Positions 26,548 through 36,755 are shown, counted from the stretch's first letter. The stretch is 64,000 bases of DNA from Singulisphaera sp. GP187 (GCA_945905925.1 CAMDQN010000004.1:22975-86974), one strand, 5' to 3'. The notes: generated by a model from the letters alone, not told the origin. Made by a program: numbers and translations.

Positions 26548-27987
26548 ATGAGTCGCCGAACGAAGATCGTTGCCACGCTCGGGCCGGCGACCGACTCACC
26601 CGACATGCTCGACGCGATCCTTCGCGCCGGCGTCGATGTGGCACGCGTCAACTTCTCGCACGGCGCGCCCGAAGAACACATCGGGCGCGTCGCACGGTTC
26701 CGCGACGCGGCGAATCGCGTCGGCAAGTTCGTCGCGCTCTTGGCCGATCTTCCCGGCCCGAAACTTCGCGTGAAGATGTCGTCGCTCCGGTTCCTCAATG
26801 TCGGCGACCCGGTGTATTTCTCGCTCACGCACGCACCCGTTGACGTCTCCGATTTAGTCATCACCGAGCCTGAGATGCTCGCGGACGTTCGCCCAGGTCA
26901 TCGGATGTTGCTCGACGACGGGCGGCTTCAACTTGAAGCCGTCGAAACGAGTAACGGTCGCGTGATGGCCCGCGTGGTTGTCGGCGGCACGCTTCACCCA
27001 AACAAAGGGCTGAACCTGCCGGACACGCCGCTCACGATGGCCGCGCTCACCGAGCGTGACTACGCGGCCCTCGCGGTCGCGGCGCGCGCCGGCGTGGACT
27101 GGGTCGCGGTGTCGTTCGTGCGTGGCCCCGAAGCCGCCAACGAAGTGCGAGCCGCGTGCAAGGCTGCGGGAATCGACGTGCCAGTGCTCGCAAAGATCGA
27201 GCGCCCGGAAGCTGTGGAGCGTGCCGGTGCCATCGTCGCGGCGTTCGACGCGATCATGGTGGCCCGCGGCGACCTCGGCGTCGAATTGCCTTTGGAGAAG
27301 GTGCCTACCGTTCAGAAGATGTTGATCGCGCAGGCTCGCGCTGCCGGCAAGCCGGTCATTACCGCGACCGACATGCTCGACTCGATGCGGAACAACCCGC
27401 GACCCACGCGCGCCGAAGCGGGCGACGTGGCGAACGCGATCTTCGACGGCACCGACGCGGTGATGCTCTCCGGCGAAACGGCGGTCGGCTCGTACCCGGT
27501 AGAAGCGGTCGCGTGTATGCACCGCATCGCGGTGGAAACAGAAGCCCACATCCACCACACACGCGCCCCGCACGCGGCCATTTACGACGCGAGCGGCGAC
27601 GAGATCGACGACCCCATCACGCTGGCCGCGTGTTCGCTCGCGGACGAAGTGGGCGCGACCGCGATCGTAACGCCGACGCTCTCCGGGCGCACCGCGAAAC
27701 TGGCCGCGCGTTTCCGACCGTGGGCGCGTGTCGTGGCGGTCGCACCGACTGACGCGGTGCTACAGCGGCTCTCGCTGGTATGGGGGATCACGCCTGTGCG
27801 GATGACATCAGTCGCGCCCGGCGGTGACCGCATGGCGATCGCTGTTCAAGATGCGTTCGTGGCCGGCACGGTGAAGGTCGGCGAGCGTGTGGTGGTGCTG
27901 GCCGGGCACCCAATAGCCGGCGGCCCGCGATTCCCGACCGTGCGCGTCGTGCGCGTTGGTGAGGGTGGCACGTCGAACGAACCGTGA
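26548..27987 (+). CDS. pyk: Pyruvate kinase, 479 aa
   Basis: RRTKIVATLGPA, ARVNFSHG, DLPGPKLR, LLDDG, KGLNLP, AKIERPEA, MVARGDLGVE, ATDMLDSM, PTRAE, DAVMLSGETA. Confidence 0.97.
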   Translation: MSRRTKIVATLGPATDSPDMLDAILRAGVDVARVNFSHGAPEEHIGRVARFRDAANRVGKFVALLADLPGPKLRVKMSSLRFLNVGDPVYFSLTHAPVDVSDLVITEPEMLADVRPGHRMLLDDGRLQLEAVETSNGRVMARVVVGGTLHPNKGLNLPDTPLTMAALTERDYAALAVAARAGVDWVAVSFVRGPEAANEVRAACKAAGIDVPVLAKIERPEAVERAGAIVAAFDAIMVARGDLGVELPLEKVPTVQKMLIAQARAAGKPVITATDMLDSMRNNPRPTRAEAGDVANAIFDGTDAVMLSGETAVGSYPVEAVACMHRIAVETEAHIHHTRAPHAAIYDASGDEIDDPITLAACSLADEVGATAIVTPTLSGRTAKLAARFRPWARVVAVAPTDAVLQRLSLVWGITPVRMTSVAPGGDRMAIAVQDAFVAGTVKVGERVVVLAGHPIAGGPRFPTVRVVRVGEGGTSNEP

Positions 27988-28004
27988 TGGGGAAGCGACC
28001 TCTT

Positions 28005-28140
28005 CCCCCAACCCCTTCCCCCTCAAGAACGGAGGGAGAAGTTTCGCCGCTTGCGGCTTCGCCCAACGCAAGCGGGCACTCGGGAAGCCGCGAGCGGTTT
28101 CAAACTCCCCCCTTCCTTGCTTAGGGGAGGGGTTGGGGGG
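28005..28140. repeat. REP-like inverted doublet (CCCCCAACCCCTCCC family) with an inner palindrome
   Basis: CCCCCAACCCCTTCCCC...GGAGGGAG pairs with CTCCCCC...GGGGAGGGGTTGGGGG; inner CCGCTTGCGGCTTC/GAAGCCGCGAGCGG. Confidence 0.75.
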
Positions 28141-28419
28141 AGAGTGTCTTCCCGCCTACCAATCCTCATCTCCCGCATCACTTCCGCTGTGAAGCCGTTC
28201 AGGTCGTGCGTGTCGCGCCCGTCCTCGGTGCGGTGACGGCGCGATCCCGCGTCGCATCGCGCCTCGAGCGCGCAATTCGTCGCCGGCTTCCTTCCGCGTT
28301 GCCGAACTTCCCACAGTCTCAATCGCACGCTTCACACAGGTCACGAACGACCCGGCTCACGCGCACGGTCGCGCGGCGCCCCCGGGCTGACCCACACCTC
28401 CGAGGAGCAACGCCGCGCC

Positions 28420-31400
28420 ATGGATGAACCGCGCACGCGCCTGACACTCGAAGTCCTCGAAGCTCGCGAGAACCCTACGACCCTCTTCACCGAAACGTTC
28501 GATACCCTCACCCCGCCCGCCCTGCCATCGGGGTGGGCGGCATGGACCAGCGACGGCACCACGGCGTTCGCGAGCAACGCCGGACAAGGTGTAAACGGGA
28601 CCAGCGGTCTCGTGTCCGAAGCCGGGAGCCGCACTGCGGCGCTCGCGTGGCACCCTCAATCGGTCTCCGCCGATACCGGTGCTGCCGTAACGATGCGGGC
28701 CAATTCGCTTGTCCCGATGTACGTCTTCGCACGCGGCGCCAACCTCGACGCGGGCGCCCGGAGTTACCTCGCGGCGGTCGTCACTCGCGGGCTGAAAGTG
28801 CAGTTGTTGGAAGTGAACGGCGCGTTCACTCGCGTGCTCGGCACCGTGAATTCGCCGAGCGCCGCGTACTTCTCGAGTGGCTGGGTACGCGTTTCGCTCG
28901 TCCCCGAAGGAAGCCGCGCGAAGGTCGAAGTGACTCGCCAGGACACAGGGCAGTACCTGTCCTCCGCGGGCACATGGCAAACCGCGCCAACGAACGTCAT
29001 CACCGCGGCGACCACACTTCACACCGCACAAGGAAAAATCGGCATCGGCCGCAACGGTCTCTTCTACGGTGCGGTCCAACTCGACAACTTCTCCGCGCTC
29101 GGCGTGTCACCACCGCCCGCACCGTCCGTCGTTCCACCGCCACCTCCACCACCCGCGCCGCCGGTTGTGTCGCCCCCGGTTGTTCCGCCCGTCGTGCCTC
29201 CGGTTGTCCCGCCGCCTCCAGCGCCTCCGCCGGTCGTTCCGCCACCGGCGCCGAGCGGAATCATCAGTCAGTCGTTCGACACGACCACAGTCGGTTCCGC
29301 GCCGACCGGCTGGAACGGCTGGGCAACGGACGCCACCGGGTGGTTCGCGGCCTCCGCGAATCGCGCGCTCAGTCCGGCCAAAGGCTTCATCTCGAACGGT
29401 TTTTCGAGTACAACGGCGCGGGCGTGGTCGAACACCGACCTGCCGGCCGATGTGGACGTGTCCGCCGCGATCTACCTGGACGCTCTCATCCCGGCGCAGG
29501 TGTTCGCCCGCGGCACGAACTTGCAAAGCACGACGCCGACCTATTACGCGTTGAGCCTCACACGCGGTCTGGACGCGAAGCTCGTCAAGGTGGTGAACGG
29601 CACCGAGACGGCACTCGGTTCGATCAAGTCCACCGTGTACCTGAGCGGTCAGTGGGTCCGTGCGCGACTGATTGTGGAAGGCGACCGACTTCGCGTGCAA
29701 CTGTACCGCACCGATACGCGACAGTGGCTCACGCCGGACGGGTCGTGGAGCGACAGCCCGGACTTCGCGCTGGGAGTGCGCGACGCGAGTATTACCGCTG
29801 GGGGCAAGGCCGGCGTCGGGCGTAAGGCCTCGGCTGCGGGCATGGTTACGGTGGACGACTTCGAGGCGAAGCCCGCGGGTCTGACGAGCGGCCCACAGGT
29901 CGCGATTACACGCGTCACCGGCACCGGGAATGTGACCGGCGAAGAGACGTTCCGCGCGACCGTCACCGGATCGTTCAACCGCATCGAGTTCAGGCTGAAT
30001 AACGTGGTGCGCGCGATCTCCGCGACCTCGCCCGCCGAATGGACGTTCGACAGCACTGCCGTGCTCAACGGGAACTACACGCTCACCGTTCGCGCGTTCG
30101 ACAGCGCCGGCAACGTCGGGTCGAAGGACTTTGCCTTCACCGTGTCGAACCCGAACATGGATCCGCTGCCGGACCCGGCGATCCCGAAGCACTACAGCCA
30201 CATCCGCATCGCGCAGCTCGCGTACAGCGGCACGCCGATCACCGGCGCGTTTGAGCAAAACCTGCTCAGGAACAGCGTCGATCTGGTGATCCCGAACCCA
30301 CAGTACCTCAGCACGATTCAGAACACCGCGCCAGGAACGCCGCAACTCATCTACAGCAACGTCTCGAATCTGTATCAGGGCTTGCTCACGGACTGGTTGC
30401 AGTACGCGGACCGCGTCAGAGCGTCGCGCGAACTGGCGTTCTACCATGTGACGAAGGCGACTGCGTTCCAGGGCGGCAGCCCGTCGTCGCAACCGGTCAA
30501 CTACTTCTGGGGCGTGTTTCAGTCGAGCGGGACGAGTGCTCCGGTGGACGTGACCAGCGCAGCGCGCGGCGGGCGCACCACGAACGTGAAATTTGGCGAC
30601 GCGGGAACGAGTACCGCGATCGGGTTCATCGAGAAGTTCCGCGAGATGAACGTCACGCTGGTGCGCGGCGCTGCGACCGGTTGGTCGGGCGTGTGGGAGT
30701 ACGCGACCGCGGTGGACGCGAACGGCAACGCGACCGCGTGGAAGACACTCACACTATCCCAGGACGCGACCACCGGGCTGAAGACTTCGGGGCGCATCAC
30801 CTTCGATCCGCCGGCTGACTGGGTGTCTACCTCGATGACGGTGGGCGGCGATCGGTTGTACTCGGTGCGGTTCCGGGTTACGGCTGGCACTGTCGCGAAC
30901 GGCCCGGAGTTGCTCACGATTTACGGCCGCGATTATGTGGCCGCGAACGGCACGCAGAGCGGTACGATCCCTGCGTTCGACTACAGTGCCGACACCAACA
31001 ACGACGGCTACCTGAGCGACGCCGAGTACGCCAACCGGCAGGCGGGCATGGACGCGCGGTTCGTTTACGAGTCGCGTTTGTTCTACCCGTATTATGGGCA
31101 GATGCGGTACGTCACGAACCCGTCGGCTGCGGCGGTGCGACACTGGGCCGCTGACTACCATTTGCGGCTGCTGAACGCGAACCCGCTGGCCGACGGCATC
31201 TTCATGGACAACGCGACCGGCAAACTGCCCTTCCCCGGCGTGAGCGTGCTGGAACCGACCGCGACGTTCAGTGACGATTCCGGCATGTTGATGAATTCGG
31301 TGTCGCGTGCGATCGCGCCGCGTTGGGTGTTGACAAACACGGCCGGTGGCGCGACGACCGCGGATCCAATCGTCGCGAGTTCGGCGGCTTCGTTCGAGGA

Positions 31401-31959
31401 GTTCTTGATTCGGCCGATGTCCGCGAACTGGTCCGAGGTGGGCGACGCGGCGAGCCTCGCGGCGCGGCGACTGAACACGCCGGGCAACCCGTTCCTGGTG
31501 ATCGACAGCAGCCCGGAAGGCGGTTCGCGAATCGACTCCCGCACACAGGTGGCGACGCTCGCGTACTACTACCTGATCGCGGACCCAGACCGCACCTTCT
31601 TGATGTTCTTCGGCGGCGATAGCCCTTCCACGTCATGGACGCAGCACTGGTCGCCGGCGGTGAGTGTGGACGTCGGGACACCCGTGGGTGCGATGAGGAT
31701 ATTCGCGACCGGCACCGACCCGTCGAACGCGAACCTCACATACCAGGTGCTTTCGCGCGAGTACGCGAACGCGAGGGTGTTGTACAAGCCACTGTCTTAC
31801 GCGCAAGGTAAGGGCGAGGGCACAACGGCCGACAACACCCTGACGACGCACCAACTCGGCGGCACCTATCGCGTGGTGGACTCGTCGGGCGCGTTGGGTC
31901 AGTTCGTCACATCGGTGACGCTGCGCAACGGCGAGGGTGTGATTCTGGTGAAGGCATAA
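28420..31959 (+). CDS. Large extracellular protein: LExR motif, two tandem lectin/ConA-like domains, Pro linker, Ig-like domain, putative glycoside hydrolase (GHL15-like) domain, 1179 aa
   Basis: RLTLEVLEARENP; duplicated ~200-aa domain (FDT...GW..W...FARG.NL...Y....TRGL...V.G...W.R...G..G.GR......D.F); PPPP linker; RIEFRLN...YTLTVRAFDSAGNVG; EF-hand-like DTNNDGYLSDAE; ADGIFMDN. Confidence 0.8.
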   Translation: MDEPRTRLTLEVLEARENPTTLFTETFDTLTPPALPSGWAAWTSDGTTAFASNAGQGVNGTSGLVSEAGSRTAALAWHPQSVSADTGAAVTMRANSLVPMYVFARGANLDAGARSYLAAVVTRGLKVQLLEVNGAFTRVLGTVNSPSAAYFSSGWVRVSLVPEGSRAKVEVTRQDTGQYLSSAGTWQTAPTNVITAATTLHTAQGKIGIGRNGLFYGAVQLDNFSALGVSPPPAPSVVPPPPPPPAPPVVSPPVVPPVVPPVVPPPPAPPPVVPPPAPSGIISQSFDTTTVGSAPTGWNGWATDATGWFAASANRALSPAKGFISNGFSSTTARAWSNTDLPADVDVSAAIYLDALIPAQVFARGTNLQSTTPTYYALSLTRGLDAKLVKVVNGTETALGSIKSTVYLSGQWVRARLIVEGDRLRVQLYRTDTRQWLTPDGSWSDSPDFALGVRDASITAGGKAGVGRKASAAGMVTVDDFEAKPAGLTSGPQVAITRVTGTGNVTGEETFRATVTGSFNRIEFRLNNVVRAISATSPAEWTFDSTAVLNGNYTLTVRAFDSAGNVGSKDFAFTVSNPNMDPLPDPAIPKHYSHIRIAQLAYSGTPITGAFEQNLLRNSVDLVIPNPQYLSTIQNTAPGTPQLIYSNVSNLYQGLLTDWLQYADRVRASRELAFYHVTKATAFQGGSPSSQPVNYFWGVFQSSGTSAPVDVTSAARGGRTTNVKFGDAGTSTAIGFIEKFREMNVTLVRGAATGWSGVWEYATAVDANGNATAWKTLTLSQDATTGLKTSGRITFDPPADWVSTSMTVGGDRLYSVRFRVTAGTVANGPELLTIYGRDYVAANGTQSGTIPAFDYSADTNNDGYLSDAEYANRQAGMDARFVYESRLFYPYYGQMRYVTNPSAAAVRHWAADYHLRLLNANPLADGIFMDNATGKLPFPGVSVLEPTATFSDDSGMLMNSVSRAIAPRWVLTNTAGGATTADPIVASSAASFEEFLIRPMSANWSEVGDAASLAARRLNTPGNPFLVIDSSPEGGSRIDSRTQVATLAYYYLIADPDRTFLMFFGGDSPSTSWTQHWSPAVSVDVGTPVGAMRIFATGTDPSNANLTYQVLSREYANARVLYKPLSYAQGKGEGTTADNTLTTHQLGGTYRVVDSSGALGQFVTSVTLRNGEGVILVKA

Positions 31960-31963
31960 TGGT

Positions 31964-31983
31964 TTCCGCCGCTTGCGGCGGAA
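31964..31983. terminator. Hairpin between convergent genes
   Basis: TTCCGCCGC-TT-GCGGCGGAA perfect inverted repeat just after the stop at 31959. Confidence 0.55.
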
Positions 31984-32110
31984 GACTGCACAGCGACAAG
32001 GGAATTGCGACTACTCCTTGCCCAACACCAGATCGACGACCCAGCACCCGCCTGGCTCAGCAAATTGCCCAGTGGCTGCTTCGTTTGTGCCGATGCCAAT
32101 CACGAGCAAC

Positions 32111-34123
32111 TCAGGACTCAACGGGCATACCCCGCCAGCCGAAAATTCCCGGCAAGTAGGTCTGGTCCGGGGACACGGTCACGATGTCCAGAATGTCGTC
32201 TCCGTCAACATCTACCGCGAGGACGAGTACGCCCGTGAGTCCGGTTATGTTGGGTGCCGTGAAACTGTCTTTCGGGGTTCCGTCGGGGGCGAAAGACCTG
32301 ACGTGCGGAATGCCTGTGAGCGTGCCTGTGAGTATTTCCGCGAAGCCGTCGTCATTGATGTCGCCAGCGGCCACGCTGATTCCGCCATCGAACCCGGCAT
32401 AGGCCATGAAACTGAGCAGTTCGCGCGAGGTCGCGCCGTCGAACACTTTCACGTGCCCGCCCAGAAGACCCGCGCCAGTCCCCGTGATGATATCCGCGTG
32501 ACCGTCCCCGTTGATGTCGCCTGCGGCGACACTGATTCCGCCCTGGAAGCCGGGATGGGCCATAAAGCTGCGGATATCCGCTCCGGTCGCGCCGTCGAAC
32601 ACCTTCACGTGGCTGTTCCCGCCAGGCCCGGTGCCCGTGATGATGTCCATCCGCCCGTCCCCGTTGACGTCGCCCGTCGCCACGCTGACTCCGCCCTGGA
32701 ACCCGGCGTAGGCCATGAAACTGAGGAGTTCTTGCTCGTTGGTCCCGTCGAACACCTTTACGTGGCTGTTGCCACCCGGCCCCGTCACCGCGACCACATC
32801 GGCAATGCCGTCACCGTTGACATCCCCCAACGTGATGAGCACGCTCCCGGTGAACCCGGGAAAGGGGTCGCTGAGTTGACGCAGTTCTCCGGTCTCGGGA
32901 TCGATCAACTGGATCGGGACCCCGGGGTTGCCGTAGCTCGCCCGTCTGGCGAAGGGGGTAGGCTGCGGGTTCACAAAGACAAAGTCCGTTGCACCCACCT
33001 CGTACGCACCAACATCGACCGTTCCGTTGAAAACCCGGGGCGTGTACCCGCGCTGGTCATCCGCGGCGCTCACACCGGAGTTAAGGCCCGTGTCAATCAG
33101 CGGACTGCCCGGAAGCAGTTGGTGAGTCGGCGTCGGGCCGCCGTTGATCGTGAGCGGCCCGAGCAGCGCGTTGAGCGGGGCGACGACGGTCCCGACCCGG
33201 TCGCCGCCGCTGAAGCCGGTGGCCCCGGCATTGTTCACGCCGATGTAGTTTCCGCCAGGGCTGGTGAACATACCGGACACGTCGCTGCTCGTCGTGAGGC
33301 TGCTGTTGCCGGCGACAACGGTGTTAACGATGGTTACGCTGGTTCCGGAGGCGTCGATCCCGCCGCCGCTGGTGTTTGGGCCAGTGTTGTTGGCCTGGTT
33401 CAGCGTGATCGTGGAGTTCCTGATGAAAGCCATCCCGCCGTAGATCCCGATGCCGCCGGCACTGTTGTTGTTACTCGAAATGTTGCCGCTGATCGTCGAG
33501 TTGACGACCGTGATGGAACCGCCCTCGCTGTCGATGCCGCCCGCCACCAGACCGCCGCTGGCCACGTTGTTGGCAATGGTGCTGTTTTGGACGGTCAGGA
33601 TACCCGTGTTTCCGATACCGCCCGGATCGCCGAAGGGGAAGTTGTCGCCGGGGATGGTGATCGTGTTGTTCTGGATCACGACCCTGTCTAATGTCAGGGT
33701 TCCGAAGTTGATGACGGGCGTGTTAGTCGCCCCGGTCATCGTCAGTCCGGTGATGTACGCCACACCGCTAGCGACAGTAAAGAAGCCAAAATCCGTACCG
33801 GCGGTCCCGCTCCGAGTGAGGGCCACGACCGGAGCACCCGGACCGGCGATCGTAACGCTGTCGGTCAGATCGGGCAGCGCCGACTGGAGCGAGATCACCC
33901 CGTTGAGAGTGCCGTCGAACACGATGTCGTCAGAGACACCGGTGCTGGCGTTCGCCTGAGTAATGGCGTCGCGCAGCGAGCCGGGGCCGAGGTCCGCGAG
34001 GGTGGTGACCGGGATCAGTGCCGGTACTTCGCGGTCTTCGAGGCGCTCCAAATGGAGCGAACACCGGGGCACGCGATCCGAACCGGGTCGCGACTTCTGC
34101 GAGCCATAGGAAATTCTGGCCAT
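32111..34123 (-). CDS. Extracellular FG-GAP/integrin-like repeat protein with beta-helix and choice-of-anchor-Q-like region, 670 aa
   Basis: LHLERLEDREVP; LRDAITQAN; LGPLTINGGPTPTHQLLPGSPLIDTG...DQRG...VDVGAYE; four ~46-aa repeats GG.SVA.GD.NGDG..DI.TG.G.G...HVKVFDG. Confidence 0.88.
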   Translation of the reverse strand: MARISYGSQKSRPGSDRVPRCSLHLERLEDREVPALIPVTTLADLGPGSLRDAITQANASTGVSDDIVFDGTLNGVISLQSALPDLTDSVTIAGPGAPVVALTRSGTAGTDFGFFTVASGVAYITGLTMTGATNTPVINFGTLTLDRVVIQNNTITIPGDNFPFGDPGGIGNTGILTVQNSTIANNVASGGLVAGGIDSEGGSITVVNSTISGNISSNNNSAGGIGIYGGMAFIRNSTITLNQANNTGPNTSGGGIDASGTSVTIVNTVVAGNSSLTTSSDVSGMFTSPGGNYIGVNNAGATGFSGGDRVGTVVAPLNALLGPLTINGGPTPTHQLLPGSPLIDTGLNSGVSAADDQRGYTPRVFNGTVDVGAYEVGATDFVFVNPQPTPFARRASYGNPGVPIQLIDPETGELRQLSDPFPGFTGSVLITLGDVNGDGIADVVAVTGPGGNSHVKVFDGTNEQELLSFMAYAGFQGGVSVATGDVNGDGRMDIITGTGPGGNSHVKVFDGATGADIRSFMAHPGFQGGISVAAGDINGDGHADIITGTGAGLLGGHVKVFDGATSRELLSFMAYAGFDGGISVAAGDINDDGFAEILTGTLTGIPHVRSFAPDGTPKDSFTAPNITGLTGVLVLAVDVDGDDILDIVTVSPDQTYLPGIFGWRGMPVES

Positions 34124-34343
34124 GGGCAGGCCCTCGGAATGTGGGAAAGAGAGAAAATGGCGCACGCCAAACGAACAGGGTCCGGTCAAGCGTGACGGTG
34201 CTGAGTGGCGAACCGTTGTCTTGACCCCGAGTCGTAGGCGGGATGCGTAAGACAGTACCACGCTCGAGCCGCGTAGAGAAACGACACGCATCAGATCTAT
34301 CAAAGTTCGGGAGGTCCTGGTTCGTTCGACGGCAGCAACTCCG

Positions 34344-35648
34344 CTACAGGACGGCGAATCGCGAAAGCCATTGCTGTTCGGTCAGCGGTCGGCCCTGTCC
34401 GGCTTTCACCACACCGCCCTGCATGACTGCGATGAACCGCGAGCGGTCCTCCAACACGCTGATGTCCGCGAGTACGTCACCGTCCACCACCAGCACGTCC
34501 GCGAACTTGCCCGCTTCAAGCGTGCCGAACTCCGCGGCGCGGCCCATGATCTCGGCCCCGGTGCGGGTCGCACAGGTTATCACCTCCAGCGGCGTGAACC
34601 CGACGTACTTCACGAAGAAGGTGAGTTCGCGGGCGTAGTCACCGTGTGGGTTCCAGCCGAAACCGTAGTCGCCGCCCATGCCGAGGCGCCCGCCGGCCTT
34701 CAGGATACGGCGGGCGCTCTCGGCACCCCCTTCCAGCGTTTCCTTGTGACCATCGATCACCCGCTGCGGGAGTTTGAACTCCTTGCCGCGTTCGACTGAT
34801 GCCAACTCGAAGTACAACGCCGGCACGCACGGCACGTCGCGTTTCAGGAGCAACTCAAGTCCTTCGTCGTCAATGAACGTACCGTGTTCGATGGCGTCGT
34901 AGCCGGCCCGCAAAGCGTTCTTGATGCCTTCCGTTGCGCGGCAGTGGCCGGTTACTTTCATCTTGTGGTTGTGTGCAGTTTGCACGACCGCGTGCATCTC
35001 CTCGAACGTCATGCAGAGCGTGTGGTGATCGTTCGTGTCGGGTGCCGCAGCGTCGCCGGTGGGGTAGGTCTTCACCCACTCCACGCCGTCCTTCACGAGC
35101 TTTCGCACCGCGGACCGGGCTTCGTCGGGACCGTTTACGAGCAGCACCAAGCCGTCCATGCCGATCTTGCGGAAGTCCGGGTTCCAGTCCATCAGCCCGC
35201 CGACGCCGCAGATCTCGCGCCCGCTCGCCGCGAGTCGCGGACCTAGGCACACGTCACCTTCAATGGCCTTCTTCAGCCACACGTCGATGTTGAACAGACT
35301 TCCGCCGCTCCTTGCGGACGTGTAACCCGATTCGAGCGCGAGTTTGCAGTTCGCGGCGGCGAGCAGCGTGACATATTCGACCGGGTACTTGATGTCGAGG
35401 TCTTCGAGCGCCGCGACGTTGAAGTACGTCGGGTGGAAGTGCGCCTCCACCAACCCCGGCATGATGGTCCCGCCGCGCGCGTCGATGACGTGCGGTCCCA
35501 CCGGGGGCGGTGGGACCGTGTTCGCGGAGCCGACGGCGACGATCTTCCCACCGCTTGCGATGAGTACCGCGTCGCGCACCGGTGGCCCGCCGTTGCCGTC
35601 GATGAGCGTGCCGTTGACGATAGCCGTCGTGCCGGGGGCAAGTTTCAT
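34344..35648 (-). CDS. Metal-dependent amidohydrolase (Xaa-Pro dipeptidase-like), 434 aa
   Basis: IDARGGTIMPGLVEAHFH, WVKTY, GHCR, IEHGT, MGGDYG, GTLEAGKFADVLVVDGD. Confidence 0.9.
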   Translation of the reverse strand: MKLAPGTTAIVNGTLIDGNGGPPVRDAVLIASGGKIVAVGSANTVPPPPVGPHVIDARGGTIMPGLVEAHFHPTYFNVAALEDLDIKYPVEYVTLLAAANCKLALESGYTSARSGGSLFNIDVWLKKAIEGDVCLGPRLAASGREICGVGGLMDWNPDFRKIGMDGLVLLVNGPDEARSAVRKLVKDGVEWVKTYPTGDAAAPDTNDHHTLCMTFEEMHAVVQTAHNHKMKVTGHCRATEGIKNALRAGYDAIEHGTFIDDEGLELLLKRDVPCVPALYFELASVERGKEFKLPQRVIDGHKETLEGGAESARRILKAGGRLGMGGDYGFGWNPHGDYARELTFFVKYVGFTPLEVITCATRTGAEIMGRAAEFGTLEAGKFADVLVVDGDVLADISVLEDRSRFIAVMQGGVVKAGQGRPLTEQQWLSRFAVL

Positions 35649-35672
35649 GTGTCCTCAACGCCGCTCGCGGCT

Positions 35673-36545
35673 TCAGAGTGAACCCAGGAAGCCGTGCAAC
35701 AACCTTAACGTCGCGCTCGTGTCCTGCCAGTGAACCAAGTGCCCGACGCCCGGTAGATCGACCCTGGAGCAGTCGGGCAGCGCCGCCGCGAGCGGGTTCG
35801 CGTCTTCGGGGGGAAGCATCCCGCCCTGCCCCGCGTCCGCGACGACGAGCAGTGTTGGGCACTTCACCTGCTTCGCGACCGCGAACACGTCGAACCCGTC
35901 GAGCCACCGTTTTTCCAGCGGCGGGCCAAACACGTTCGGGTCGAGGTCTTGCAGGCAGCGCGCGACGAACCGCAGCGAGGCCGCGTCGCGCACGTCGCCG
36001 AGGCGTGTGATCTCGCCGGGGTGCGCTGTCGTCACACGAAGGTCGGCCAATTCCTTTGCGACGGCGCTGGTGTCCTTCCGCCCGGCGTGCTTCCGCAGCG
36101 CGGCCCAGATGGTCCCGTAGGGGGTGGTCTCGATGCGCGACAGGAACGTCGGCCCTGGCGGGTCGAGCAGCACGACCGCGCTCACGAGGTCCGGCAGTTT
36201 CGCCGCGACTCCCATCGACACCAGCGCGCCGAGTGAGTGACCGACCAGCACGCACTTCTTGCGTGCTTCTTTCACCGCGGCCACCAAATCAGGAACGTAG
36301 TCCGCGACCCGATACGCTCCCGGCGTGCGTGCCGATTCGCCGTGTCCGCGATGCGAGTACGCGTGGACGTGCCACCACGTCGTCAGATCGGCCATAATAG
36401 GGCTAAAGTCTTCCCAACACCGCGACAGGCCGTGAACGAGCCACAGCGACTCCTTCGCCGCCGGACCCGCGACGCCCCACAGCGCCGAATACTCTTCGTC
36501 GCTCGCTGTGGGGTTGACGATCGGGATGCTGTCGGTCGTGAACAT
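35673..36545 (-). CDS. Alpha/beta fold hydrolase, 290 aa
   Basis: LVHGLS, HRGHGES, GHSLG (Ser), LLDPP, GVGHLVH. Confidence 0.9.
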   Translation of the reverse strand: MFTTDSIPIVNPTASDEEYSALWGVAGPAAKESLWLVHGLSRCWEDFSPIMADLTTWWHVHAYSHRGHGESARTPGAYRVADYVPDLVAAVKEARKKCVLVGHSLGALVSMGVAAKLPDLVSAVVLLDPPGPTFLSRIETTPYGTIWAALRKHAGRKDTSAVAKELADLRVTTAHPGEITRLGDVRDAASLRFVARCLQDLDPNVFGPPLEKRWLDGFDVFAVAKQVKCPTLLVVADAGQGGMLPPEDANPLAAALPDCSRVDLPGVGHLVHWQDTSATLRLLHGFLGSL

Positions 36546-36593
36546 GGGAGAGGTTCCTTACGGAGTGAAAGCCGCTTCGCGGCTCTCTTCTTT

Positions 36594-36745
36594 CCCTCTC
36601 CGCTTGCGGGAGAGGGCGGCGAGTCTTCGCGGCGGGGTGAGGGGTGGGCACAGCGAGTCAATACAGCTTTCGCGTGGTCCGCAAATGCCAACGCCCCCTC
36701 ACCCCGCCGCGAAGCGCGGCGACCCTCTCCCGCAAGGGGAGAGGG
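36594..36745. repeat. REP-like inverted doublet (CCCTCTCCC..GGGAGAGGG / CCCCTCACCCC family)
   Basis: ~51-bp arms at 36594-36644 and 36695-36745 are near reverse complements; each contains its own hairpin. Confidence 0.85.
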
Positions 36746-36755
36746 TGAAGACAAA

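Noticed and set aside
28150-28345. Protein-like stretch on the minus strand (LEARCDAG...EDGRDTHDLNGFTAEVMREM)
   Set aside because: It could be another gene remnant, but I cannot assign a family, start or RBS; blastx would be needed.
35441-35452. GCGCCTCCACCA matches the tmRNA 3' end plus CCA (possible attR of an ssrA island)
   Set aside because: Only 12 bp, inside the conserved LVEAH motif of an intact amidohydrolase; no integrase is present. Treated as coincidence.
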